64,000 bases of DNA from an uncultured Gemmatimonadales bacterium (GTDB lineage: Bacteria; Gemmatimonadota; Gemmatimonadetes; Longimicrobiales; RSA9): the NCBI GenBank assembly GCA_963783305.1, contig CAWAMW010000013.1, positions 1-64,000 on the forward strand, written 5' to 3'. This document shows positions 18,972 to 27,104 of this stretch, in pieces (position 1 is the first letter of the stretch; the number at the start of each line of letters is the position of its first letter). The notes under the pieces are model-generated. The model was not told where the DNA came from. It saw only the letters and a program-made list of their open reading frames with translations, and searched no databases. The position numbers and the translations under genes were made by a program.

Positions 18972-20135
18972 CTACAGGGCGACCGTAAGCCCGGCCACCA
19001 CCACCAGGACTGCCAGTCCGGCTCCGGCCGCGCGCCGCCCCGGCGCCCACCCCAGCGCCAGTCCCACCAGCGCCACGAGCCATAGCGAGTCCATGGCGGC
19101 GGCGGCGCGTGGTGGCACGACGTCCGGCCCCAGCAGCAGCACCCAGCCCGAACCGACTCCCGGCGCGGCGCACCGCTCCTTCTCCTGGACCCTGAGGCAG
19201 AGCGTCGATCCGCCGGCGCGGCGGTGGACCGACGGTCGCCAGGCCGCCAGCCGCACCGTGTCGTCCGCGCTCACCCCATCCAGCGCGCCCTTCCAGCGCC
19301 GCTCCGGCGCCTCGAAGCGCAGGTCGGCGGCGCGCCGGCGGACTCGCAGCACCAGGTCGTTCCCTTCCGCCCCCATCAGCAGCACTTCCTCCTGCTGATC
19401 GTCGTAGATGCTGAAGATGGGAGCGAGCCGGGGGGGAGGGGGGCCGGCCACGACGGTGACGGCGACGGTGTCGCCTGCGAGGAGGCCCAGGCGCGCGGCC
19501 GCGCTCGAGCCCAGCCGCCGCGACGGAGCGGGCTGCTCCCCGATCGTCGCCGACAGAACGCGCCCGCCGTAGTTGCCGTAGTAGCCCAGCTGCGCCGTCC
19601 ACTGACCGTAGTAGTCGCGCTCGGGCAGCGACGGCCGGAACGCCAGGGCGGTGCCGATCCAGACGGTGGCGACCAGAGCTGTCAGCACGATCTGACGCCG
19701 GGCGGAAGGGGGTGCGCGGAGGGAGAACGTCCCCGTCCCCAGCAGCACCGCCCCGATGGCGGCGCCGAGTCCGTTTGCCAGGAGATCGCCCAGCGAGGTG
19801 TAGCGACCGGGCATCCAGAGCTGAGCGGTCTCGATTCCTCCGGAGAGGGCGAGCCCGATGAGGCCGGTGATCAGGGGCCGTACGCCGGCCGCCCGGAGCG
19901 CGGCGCCCAGGGGCACGAAGAGGGCGATGTTCAGCAGGAAGTCCGCGGCACCGCGGGATCCGCACGCGAGGCACCAGGAAGGGAGGGTGGAGGCGCCGCC
20001 ACCGGGCCCGCCGTGTGGCAGGCGGAGGGTGAGACCCACGATCGGGAGGAGCGCCGCGGCGAGGAGTGCCCACGTCCGCGGCCTTTTCCAGCTGCTCGTA
20101 TCCCGGCGGCCGGCCCCGTGCCGCTGGGAGGTCAC
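18972..20135 (-). CDS. VanZ-family membrane protein, copy 2
   Basis: CLACGSRG..DFLLNIALFVPLG..IETAQLWMPGRYTSLGDLLANGLG; start overlaps kinase stop. Confidence 0.85.
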   Translation of the reverse strand: MTSQRHGAGRRDTSSWKRPRTWALLAAALLPIVGLTLRLPHGGPGGGASTLPSWCLACGSRGAADFLLNIALFVPLGAALRAAGVRPLITGLIGLALSGGIETAQLWMPGRYTSLGDLLANGLGAAIGAVLLGTGTFSLRAPPSARRQIVLTALVATVWIGTALAFRPSLPERDYYGQWTAQLGYYGNYGGRVLSATIGEQPAPSRRLGSSAAARLGLLAGDTVAVTVVAGPPPPRLAPIFSIYDDQQEEVLLMGAEGNDLVLRVRRRAADLRFEAPERRWKGALDGVSADDTVRLAAWRPSVHRRAGGSTLCLRVQEKERCAAPGVGSGWVLLLGPDVVPPRAAAAMDSLWLVALVGLALGWAPGRRAAGAGLAVLVVVAGLTVAL

Positions 20136-21256
20136 TCCCTGGGCGCCCTCGGCAGCTCGAGCTCGAAGAAGAAGCGGGTCCCGTACCCGGGCCGTGACTC
20201 CACCTGGAGCTCTCCGCCCATCACCTCCACGAGGCGGCGGCAGATGGAAAGCCCGAGCCCGGTCCCGGAGAAATGGAAGCCGGTCTGGCTCTCGCCACGG
20301 TGGAACGGCTCGAAGAGCAGCGCGAGGTCCCTCTCGTCCATGCCCCGACCGGTATCGCGGACGGAGAACTCGACCCGGTGGGGACCCCGCTCGACGGCCA
20401 CGGTCTCGACTCGCCCCGTTTCGGTGAACTTGAGGGCGTTGGCCGCGAGGTTGAGGATGACGCGGCTGAGGCGCGTGGTGCTCCCGAGGCGGACGTCACG
20501 GTCGGGGGCGTAGAACTGGAGGTGCAGCCGCTTCTCGTGAGCCATGGGTGCGACCATGGCTCGCACGCTGTCGAACATCTCCTTGAGCGAGAAGGGCTCC
20601 GGCTCGTACCTGTCCGAGACGAAGTCTCCCTCACGCGCCAGGTCGATGAGATCGCTGGCCACCGTCACGAGACTCAGGGAGGCGCTGTAGATGATCCCCA
20701 CCTGCTGCCGCTGGATGTCGTTGATCTCACCGCTCTGCCCCTTCCGGAGCGTGTCCGCCAGGAACATGATGGAAGTGAGCGGTGACCGTAGGTCGTGCGC
20801 GAGCTCCACCACGAGGTCCCGCGAGTCGACACCCAGGAGGGCGGAGGCCGTGGACTGATGCTGTTCCGGCTCCAACCGCGCGTGGATGCTCTCGATCCGA
20901 CTCAGGACCGTCAGCAGGTCCCCGTCGTTGACACCCTCGGCGCCCTGGAGCAGCTCGCGGCGGAGCAGGTCCAGCAGTCGGCGCTGAAGCGCGAGATCAC
21001 CCGCGCGCGCACCCCGTTGCACTTCACCCTGCCGCCCCTGGCCGAGGGCAGGAAGGAGCCGCTCGAGCGTCTCCTCCACCTCGACGGCGCCGAACGCGTA
21101 CCCCCGCCAGCCCTCCGGGTCGGCCAGCACGCGCCGGACCGCCCCGTCCAGGGCTTCATCGATGCCGCGCGAAGCGGCCTGGGCGCGCGCGCGCCCCGCG
21201 TCACCGGTCGACGTCGGATCCCACAGGTCGGGGGTCGGTTCCTGAAGGCTGCTCAT
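20132..21256 (-). CDS. Soluble sensor histidine kinase (HisKA + HATPase_c)
   Basis: ELAHDLRSPLTSI H-box, NLAANALKFT N-box, VRDTGRG, GTGLGLSI; no TM segment. Confidence 0.92.
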   Translation of the reverse strand: MSSLQEPTPDLWDPTSTGDAGRARAQAASRGIDEALDGAVRRVLADPEGWRGYAFGAVEVEETLERLLPALGQGRQGEVQRGARAGDLALQRRLLDLLRRELLQGAEGVNDGDLLTVLSRIESIHARLEPEQHQSTASALLGVDSRDLVVELAHDLRSPLTSIMFLADTLRKGQSGEINDIQRQQVGIIYSASLSLVTVASDLIDLAREGDFVSDRYEPEPFSLKEMFDSVRAMVAPMAHEKRLHLQFYAPDRDVRLGSTTRLSRVILNLAANALKFTETGRVETVAVERGPHRVEFSVRDTGRGMDERDLALLFEPFHRGESQTGFHFSGTGLGLSICRRLVEVMGGELQVESRPGYGTRFFFELELPRAPRE

Positions 21257-22770
21257 CGGGATCGAAGAATGGTGTCCCGCTCGAGGTCGTGCTTCTCGAT
21301 CAGGCGGTACAGAGTGGTCCGGTCGACGCCCGCGATCCGGGCGGCTTCCGACATGTTGCCCCCGGCGCGGTTCACCAGGTCGGTGACATACCGGCGCTCG
21401 AACTCGGCCACCACCCTGTCCCGCGCCTCGTGGTAGGCTTCGGAGCTGTCGATGTGTGACAGCTGCGAGGAGCCGTTCGTGGCGCCCACCTGGCCATCGC
21501 CCACGAATGGTATGTCCTCGGCCTCGATCGCCGCGCCCGGAGCGGTCAGGACGACCGTGTGCTCCACGATGTTCTGGAGCTCCCGGACGTTCCCGGGCCA
21601 GCCGTAGGACTGCAGGGCCTGCGTGGCGCCCCTGGTGAACGTCGGCATCGGCTCGTGTCCGTTGTCCCGCTTCCAGTAGGTCTGGAGGAAGTGGTTCGAC
21701 AGGACCTCGATGTCCTCGCGGCGCTCCCGGAGCGGCGGGACCCGGATGGGCACCACCCGGAGCCGGTAGTAGAGGTCGGAGCGGAGGTCCCCCTCTTCCA
21801 CGGCCGTGGAGGCGTCCCGGTTCGTGGCCGCAATGAAGCGCACGTCCACCACCGCGTCCACCTTGTTGCTGCCCACCCGGCGGACCGCGCCGTCCTGGAT
21901 GACCCGCAGCAGCTTGGCCTGGATCCGCTGGGACATCTCCGTAAGCTCGTCCAGGAACATGGTTCCGCCGTTGGCCGTCTCGAAGAGCCCCGCCTTGTCA
22001 CGGATGGCGCCCGTGAACGCGCCCTCGTAGTGCCCGAACATCTCCGACTCCAGCAGCGGCTCGGGCAGCGCGGCGCAGTTCACCGCCACCATGGGCTTCC
22101 CCTCCCGGCGGCTGTTGTGGTGGATGTACTGCGCGATCAGCTCCTTCCCGCTCCCGCTCTCACCGGTGATGAACACCGAGGCGTTGCTGCGAGCAACCTT
22201 CCGCGCCACCTCCAGCGCCTTCTGGAACGCGGGCGACCGCCCCACCACCGTGATCCTGTCGCCGCCCGCCGGAGAGACCACCGCGCCATTGGCCTGGTGG
22301 CTCTGTGCATCCGACCGCTGCCGCATCACCGCGTGACCCGCCCGGCCGATCAGGACATCGAGGTGGGTGGCCGAGAACGGCTTCGGCAGGTAGTCCCACG
22401 CGCCGACCTCCAGCGCCTTCATGTTCGACTCCACGCTCGGGTTCCCGGTCATCATCACGACAATGGACTCGGGGCGCCGCTCGAGCGCCGCCTGCAGCAG
22501 CTTCATCCCCGGCACCTGCGTCATGTACAGGTCCAGGAGCAGGATGTCGAACTCCCGCTTCCGCACGGTCTGCAGGGCCTCCTCGCCGCGGCCGATCGCC
22601 GTCACGTTGAAGCCCTTCATCCGCAGCACGTTCTGGCAGCTCTCGCGAAGCGTCGCCTCGTCATCGACGACCAGCACCCGGATGGAGCCCATCTGCTCTT
22701 CCGTCAGGGCGCCGAACCCGCTCAACTCAGCGGGATCGCTCGGCTCGGCCGGACTCTTCTTCGAGGACAT
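21253..22770 (-). CDS. Sigma54-dependent response regulator (NtrC family: REC-AAA+-Fis HTH)
   Basis: VLVVDDE, LLLDLYM, GESGSGKE, GAFTGA, FLDE, WPGNVRELQN, GNMSEAARIAGVDRTTLYR. Confidence 0.95.
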   Translation of the reverse strand: MSSKKSPAEPSDPAELSGFGALTEEQMGSIRVLVVDDEATLRESCQNVLRMKGFNVTAIGRGEEALQTVRKREFDILLLDLYMTQVPGMKLLQAALERRPESIVVMMTGNPSVESNMKALEVGAWDYLPKPFSATHLDVLIGRAGHAVMRQRSDAQSHQANGAVVSPAGGDRITVVGRSPAFQKALEVARKVARSNASVFITGESGSGKELIAQYIHHNSRREGKPMVAVNCAALPEPLLESEMFGHYEGAFTGAIRDKAGLFETANGGTMFLDELTEMSQRIQAKLLRVIQDGAVRRVGSNKVDAVVDVRFIAATNRDASTAVEEGDLRSDLYYRLRVVPIRVPPLRERREDIEVLSNHFLQTYWKRDNGHEPMPTFTRGATQALQSYGWPGNVRELQNIVEHTVVLTAPGAAIEAEDIPFVGDGQVGATNGSSQLSHIDSSEAYHEARDRVVAEFERRYVTDLVNRAGGNMSEAARIAGVDRTTLYRLIEKHDLERDTILRSR

Positions 22771-22878
22771 AGGGGCCAGGGCTCCGGATTGCGACGACAC
22801 CCACGGCGGCCAGTGCCGCATCAGGGAGGGTGACGGGATCTCCCATTCTCCCGAGAATGGGTGAGAACAGAGTTGAAC

Positions 22879-22907
22879 TAAATAGCGATGGGCGGGGCGG
22901 GAGTCAA
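22879..22907 (-). promoter_or_regulatory. Candidate sigma70 promoter of the regulator operon
   Basis: TTGACT-N17-TATTTA on the minus strand. Confidence 0.5.
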
Positions 22908-22913
22908 GCGATT

Positions 22914-22952
22914 CGTTGCGCCGATGCCACAGATTGTAGACCGAGGGTAGCC
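22914..22952. promoter_or_regulatory. Tandem dyad site D (second dyad degenerate), possible autoregulatory site
   Basis: CGT-TGCGCCGATGCC-ACA-GAT-TGT-N12-GCC immediately upstream of the -35 element. Confidence 0.45.
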
Positions 22953-22963
22953 CGACGGACGGC

Positions 22964-23818
22964 TCAGTTGGCGATGTTCTCGTAACTGGCTCGGGTCGCG
23001 CGGGTCAGGAACTCGGACGGATCCAGCTCTCTGCTGTGGAAGTCATCGACGGCGTACACGCCGGCACGGAAGCGCGGCGCGGAGCCCGACTCATTCGACA
23101 ACTTCCGGAGTCGTGTGGCCAGGATCTCCGCCCCCTGGCCCGGCGTGTCCGGTGCGACGACAGCGAACTCGTTGGGTCCGATCCGCGCCAGCAGGTCGCT
23201 CGTACGGATCATCGAACGGAGCTGCCGCGCCACGTCGGTGATCTGGGCCGGAATGGCGTCGTCTCGCCGCCCGCCGCCGGTTTCGTCCCCGATGTTGACG
23301 ACGATACAGGAGAGCGGTCTGCCGTACCGGGATGCGGCGGCGGCAACCTCGGCGAGCCGCCGGCTGATGCCGTGCCAGCTGTACAGCCCCGTGAGGGCGT
23401 CGATGAGGGCGTCATCCTGGAGGCGGTCCGACTCCAGCTTGCCCCGGATGTAGCGCTCGATCCGGAGCAGCAGCTCTTCGGCGTCGATAGGGAGCGAGAG
23501 GATGTCCCACACCCCCGCTTCCAGCGCTTCGAGCTTCCGCTCCCGCGTCACGTGACCGGTCGCCAGGAGCAGCACCGGCGCCGACCGCGACACCGCCTCC
23601 TGGTCGATCAGCTGACGGGCCAGCTCGGTGCCGGTCAGGTGGGGCAGGTCCAGGTCGATGAAGACGGCGTCCGGATTGTTCTGCGCCGCCGCCTCGATGG
23701 CCTGCTCGGCCGTGTACGACCTGAGGACGGCATACCCCTTCGGGGCAATCACGCTGCCGAGGGAGCGTGAAGCCCACTCGTGCTGGCTGACGATCAGTAC
23801 CAGAGGTGCGCGAGCCAC
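22964..23818 (-). CDS. Receiver domain + degenerate GGDEF protein
   Basis: RBS GGAGG, GTG start; AVFIDLDLP receiver; DALTGLY; RTSDLLARIGPNEF (I-site RxxD intact, GGDEF replaced by GPNEF). Confidence 0.85.
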   Translation of the reverse strand: MARAPLVLIVSQHEWASRSLGSVIAPKGYAVLRSYTAEQAIEAAAQNNPDAVFIDLDLPHLTGTELARQLIDQEAVSRSAPVLLLATGHVTRERKLEALEAGVWDILSLPIDAEELLLRIERYIRGKLESDRLQDDALIDALTGLYSWHGISRRLAEVAAAASRYGRPLSCIVVNIGDETGGGRRDDAIPAQITDVARQLRSMIRTSDLLARIGPNEFAVVAPDTPGQGAEILATRLRKLSNESGSAPRFRAGVYAVDDFHSRELDPSEFLTRATRASYENIAN

Positions 23819-24002
23819 TCGGGATGACCTCCAATGACGGCCACTTCCGGCGTGGCGAACGCAGCCATTGCGGAAGCAATAAGTAGGTAATTTCGTCGAA
23901 TTGTTACGCAGTTTCCATGCTAAGGGCAAGTATTCCTGCCCCGCCGCCGCCGCCGCCCGGCGCCAGGAGGGACGGGAAGCCCCCGCGGAGCCGGCCGTAG
24001 AC

Positions 24003-24041
24003 AGCGTGGCTTTTGCCACAGGGTGTGGCGCGCGTCCTACA
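24003..24041. promoter_or_regulatory. Tandem dyad enhancer-like site E
   Basis: AGC-GTGGCTTTTGCC-ACA-GGG-TGT-GGCGCGCGTCCT-ACA. Confidence 0.55.
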
Positions 24042-24236
24042 CGCTGAACACGCTGAACCCGCGCTGAGCGCGGCCGGCCGCCGCCGCCTGCTCATGATAA
24101 ACCATTGCTGTAAAGTGATTTACCCGACCCGAGTCCCTCACGGCCTGGCTTTTGACCCCCCACATCCTTCTCCCCGGTCCGCGCGCCGCCGTTCCGGCTG
24201 CGTGTGCTCAACGCGTCATCAGCTCTGGAGTCATCG

Positions 24237-26060
24237 ATGTGCGGAGTCGTGGGATACGTGGGGAAGCGTCAGGCCACCGGCGTCCTCGTGGCTGGCCTGA
24301 AGAGGCTGGAGTATCGCGGGTATGACTCGGCGGGCGTGGCCGTGCAGAACGGGAAGGGCATCATCACCCGGAAGGTGAAGGGTCGGGTGAAGGGGCTGGA
24401 CCGGGTGGTGGAGCGGCACCCTGTCCACGGCAGCTCCGGGATCGGTCACACCCGCTGGGCCACCCACGGAGTACCGAACCGGCTGAACGCCCACCCGCAC
24501 AGGGGCTGCGACCGCCGCTTCTCGATCGTCCACAATGGGATCATCGAGAACGCGCAGGACCTGCGGCGCATGCTCGAGCGCGCGGGCCACCGGTTCCGTA
24601 CCGGGACCGATACGGAGGTCCTGGCTCACCTCATCGAGGAGATGCCGGGGAGCGTGCTCGAGCAGAAGCTCGCCGAGTCACTGCGACTGGTGGCGGGGAC
24701 GTTCGGGGTGGCCGCGATGTCGGGCGCGGAGCCCGGCAAGATCGTGGCGGCCCGGAGAGGCTCGCCGCTCCTGATCGGCATCGGAGATGGAGAACACTTC
24801 GTGGCGTCCGATCCTTCGGCCATCCTGGAGTACACTCGCCGGGTGGTCTACCTGGAGGACGGGGACCTGGCGGTGGTGACGGCTGGCGGCTACCAGATCA
24901 GCGACATCGGTCACACCGTCCAGCTCCGCTCCGAGCGGGAGATCTCCTGGACGGCGGAGTCCATCGCCCTCGGGGACTACGAGCACTACATGCACAAGGA
25001 GATCCACGAGCAGCCGGACACCGTAATGAACACGCTGCGGGGACGGCTCGGGGGGGAGGGCCCGGTCCGTCTGAACGGCCTCGGCCTCTCCCGCGCGGAG
25101 GCCGCGGCACTGCGACGGGTCACGGTCCTCGCCTGCGGGACCTCATGGCACTCCGGGCTGATCGCTCGATACCTGATCGAGCAGACCCTGGGGATCCCGG
25201 TACGGGTGGAGTACGCGTCGGAGTATCGGTACCAGCCCCAGCTGGAGCTGGCCGACAGCCTGGTGGTGGCCATCTCCCAGTCCGGGGAGACGGCGGATAC
25301 GCTGGAGGCGCTGCGGGCGGCAAAGGCCGCGGGCGGTCGCGTCGTTGGAATCGTGAATGTCGTGGGCAGCAGCATCGCCCGCGAGTCGGACGGCGGGATC
25401 TATCTGCACGCGGGTCCGGAGATCGGTGTGGCGTCCACCAAGGCGTTCACATCGCAGATCACGGCGCTGGTGCTGCTCACGCTCCACCTCGCGGAGCTGC
25501 GCGGGGTGGCCGCGGAGCAGGTGGCGCGGATCCGGGCGGAGCTGCTGCGGGTCCCGGCGCTGATCCGGCAGACGCTGGCGCTGGAGCCGGAAGTGGAGGA
25601 GATCGCGAAGACCTTCGCCAACGCCACCAACTGCCTCTACCTGGGCCGCGGTGTGAACTACCCCGTGGCCATGGAGGGCGCGCTCAAGCTGAAGGAGATC
25701 AGCTACATCCACGCCGAGGGGCTGCCGGCGGCCGAGATGAAGCACGGTCCCATCGCGCTGATCGATGAGCACATGCCGGTCGTATTCGTCGCTCCCAGGG
25801 ACGCGGTCTACGAGAAGATCGTCTCCACGATGGAGGAGGTGCGGGCGAGGAATGGACGGATCGTCGTGATCTCGACGGAGGGCAACGGGGACCTGAGCCG
25901 CCTGGCCCATCACCAGCTCCGCGTGCCCGACACGATGCCCGAGCTGACGCCGCTCCTGACGGTCATCCCGCTTCAGCTCCTTGCCTACCACATCGCCCGG
26001 CTCCGGGGCTGCGATGTGGATCGACCGCGGAACCTGGCGAAGAGCGTTACCGTGGAATGA
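24237..26060 (+). CDS. glmS: Glutamine--fructose-6-phosphate transaminase (isomerizing)
   Basis: MCGVVG, LEYRGYDSAG, GHTRWATHG, SQSGETADT, PRNLAKSVTVE. Confidence 0.98.
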   Translation: MCGVVGYVGKRQATGVLVAGLKRLEYRGYDSAGVAVQNGKGIITRKVKGRVKGLDRVVERHPVHGSSGIGHTRWATHGVPNRLNAHPHRGCDRRFSIVHNGIIENAQDLRRMLERAGHRFRTGTDTEVLAHLIEEMPGSVLEQKLAESLRLVAGTFGVAAMSGAEPGKIVAARRGSPLLIGIGDGEHFVASDPSAILEYTRRVVYLEDGDLAVVTAGGYQISDIGHTVQLRSEREISWTAESIALGDYEHYMHKEIHEQPDTVMNTLRGRLGGEGPVRLNGLGLSRAEAAALRRVTVLACGTSWHSGLIARYLIEQTLGIPVRVEYASEYRYQPQLELADSLVVAISQSGETADTLEALRAAKAAGGRVVGIVNVVGSSIARESDGGIYLHAGPEIGVASTKAFTSQITALVLLTLHLAELRGVAAEQVARIRAELLRVPALIRQTLALEPEVEEIAKTFANATNCLYLGRGVNYPVAMEGALKLKEISYIHAEGLPAAEMKHGPIALIDEHMPVVFVAPRDAVYEKIVSTMEEVRARNGRIVVISTEGNGDLSRLAHHQLRVPDTMPELTPLLTVIPLQLLAYHIARLRGCDVDRPRNLAKSVTVE

Positions 26061-26075
26061 CGGCGAGCCCGCGAG

Positions 26076-26900
26076 TCAGATCACCTTGCGGATCGCTCCC
26101 AGGAGGAACTCGTTGGCGGTTTCGGAGCCGTCGAGCCGAGCGCTCCGAGACGCCGATCGCAGTCGTGCCACGGTACCGGCCCGCCTGAGGGAGCGCTCGA
26201 GCGCCGCGAGCAGGCGGGGCGCGAGCACCGCCGCGTAGTCGTCGGACGTATCCGGGAGGACCACCACCAGGACGTCCTGCTGGGTGACCCCGACCAGGTC
26301 CGAGTCCCGGGTCCATTGCCGCACCGATACGCCGAGGCGGTACATGAGGCGCGGTGGCGGCTCGCCTTCACCGGTCCGCTCCACCGCCAGCGCGACGCAG
26401 GAGACCGGCCGCTCGTGGCGCCGACCCAGCGCCATGGTCTCCGCTGTCGCTCTCAGCAGGGTTGGCCACGGGTAGGGGTGGTGCGGCGCCATCATGGCGT
26501 GCTGGGCATCGCCCCGGTTCCCCAGGAGGTTCCTGAGCCGCAGGGCCAGCATCGCCGGGTCGACCGGGAGCCGGACCAGGTCCCATACCCCGGCGGCCAG
26601 CCAGTCCCGGTACTCGGCGGGTGCGATGGGGCTGGGGGCGCAGACGAGCAGCGGTACGGTGGGATCGAGGATGTCGGAGTGGAGCCACTCCGCGACGGTC
26701 TCCGGTCCGTGGATCCGGCCCCGGTCCACGAGGACGAGGTCCGCGGTGCGGCGTACGCGACCGAACTCGGCCTGGTCGTCAATGAGGTCGAGGCGGACGA
26801 GCGGCGCGTGGGGCGCCTGCAGGGCCGCGGTCATGAGCCGCTCGGTGTCTGCTCCGCCGAGGATCAGCACCGAGGCGGAGGGGGCGGGTGGATGCTCCAT
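26076..26900 (-). CDS. Degenerate receiver + degenerate GGDEF protein
   Basis: LAAGVWDLVRLPVD, RPVSCVAL, RDSDLVGVTQQDVLVVVLPDT; colinear similarity to 22964-23818. Confidence 0.7.
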   Translation of the reverse strand: MEHPPAPSASVLILGGADTERLMTAALQAPHAPLVRLDLIDDQAEFGRVRRTADLVLVDRGRIHGPETVAEWLHSDILDPTVPLLVCAPSPIAPAEYRDWLAAGVWDLVRLPVDPAMLALRLRNLLGNRGDAQHAMMAPHHPYPWPTLLRATAETMALGRRHERPVSCVALAVERTGEGEPPPRLMYRLGVSVRQWTRDSDLVGVTQQDVLVVVLPDTSDDYAAVLAPRLLAALERSLRRAGTVARLRSASRSARLDGSETANEFLLGAIRKVI

Positions 26901-27104
26901 TCCCCTATGATGGGCCATGCCGGGCCGCGCCGCGAGAGGTTGCCCGGGGTGCGCCGCCTCCGAGCCCTCCCTCGGCGTTCACACCTGCGTCGGGGGCTCG
27001 GCTCTTGCGCGCCCTCCCGGCAATGGCCCGTCCGGCGCCGGCGTCGTAGCTTTGGGCGTCTGGTACGGAGGCATGAGCGATAACGAGAAACCCGCGAGGT
27101 GGGT

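Noticed and set aside
16781..20135. VanZ genes as glycopeptide-resistance determinants
   Set aside because: No vanHAX or vanRS context; the long VanZ-like proteins sit in an EPS locus
24039..24067. Short direct repeat ACACGCTGA x2 plus a degenerate third
   Set aside because: Too short, no spacers; not CRISPR and no assignable function
24042..24236. Possible glmS ribozyme in the glmS leader
   Set aside because: No recognisable conserved ribozyme core by eye; an Rfam scan would be decisive
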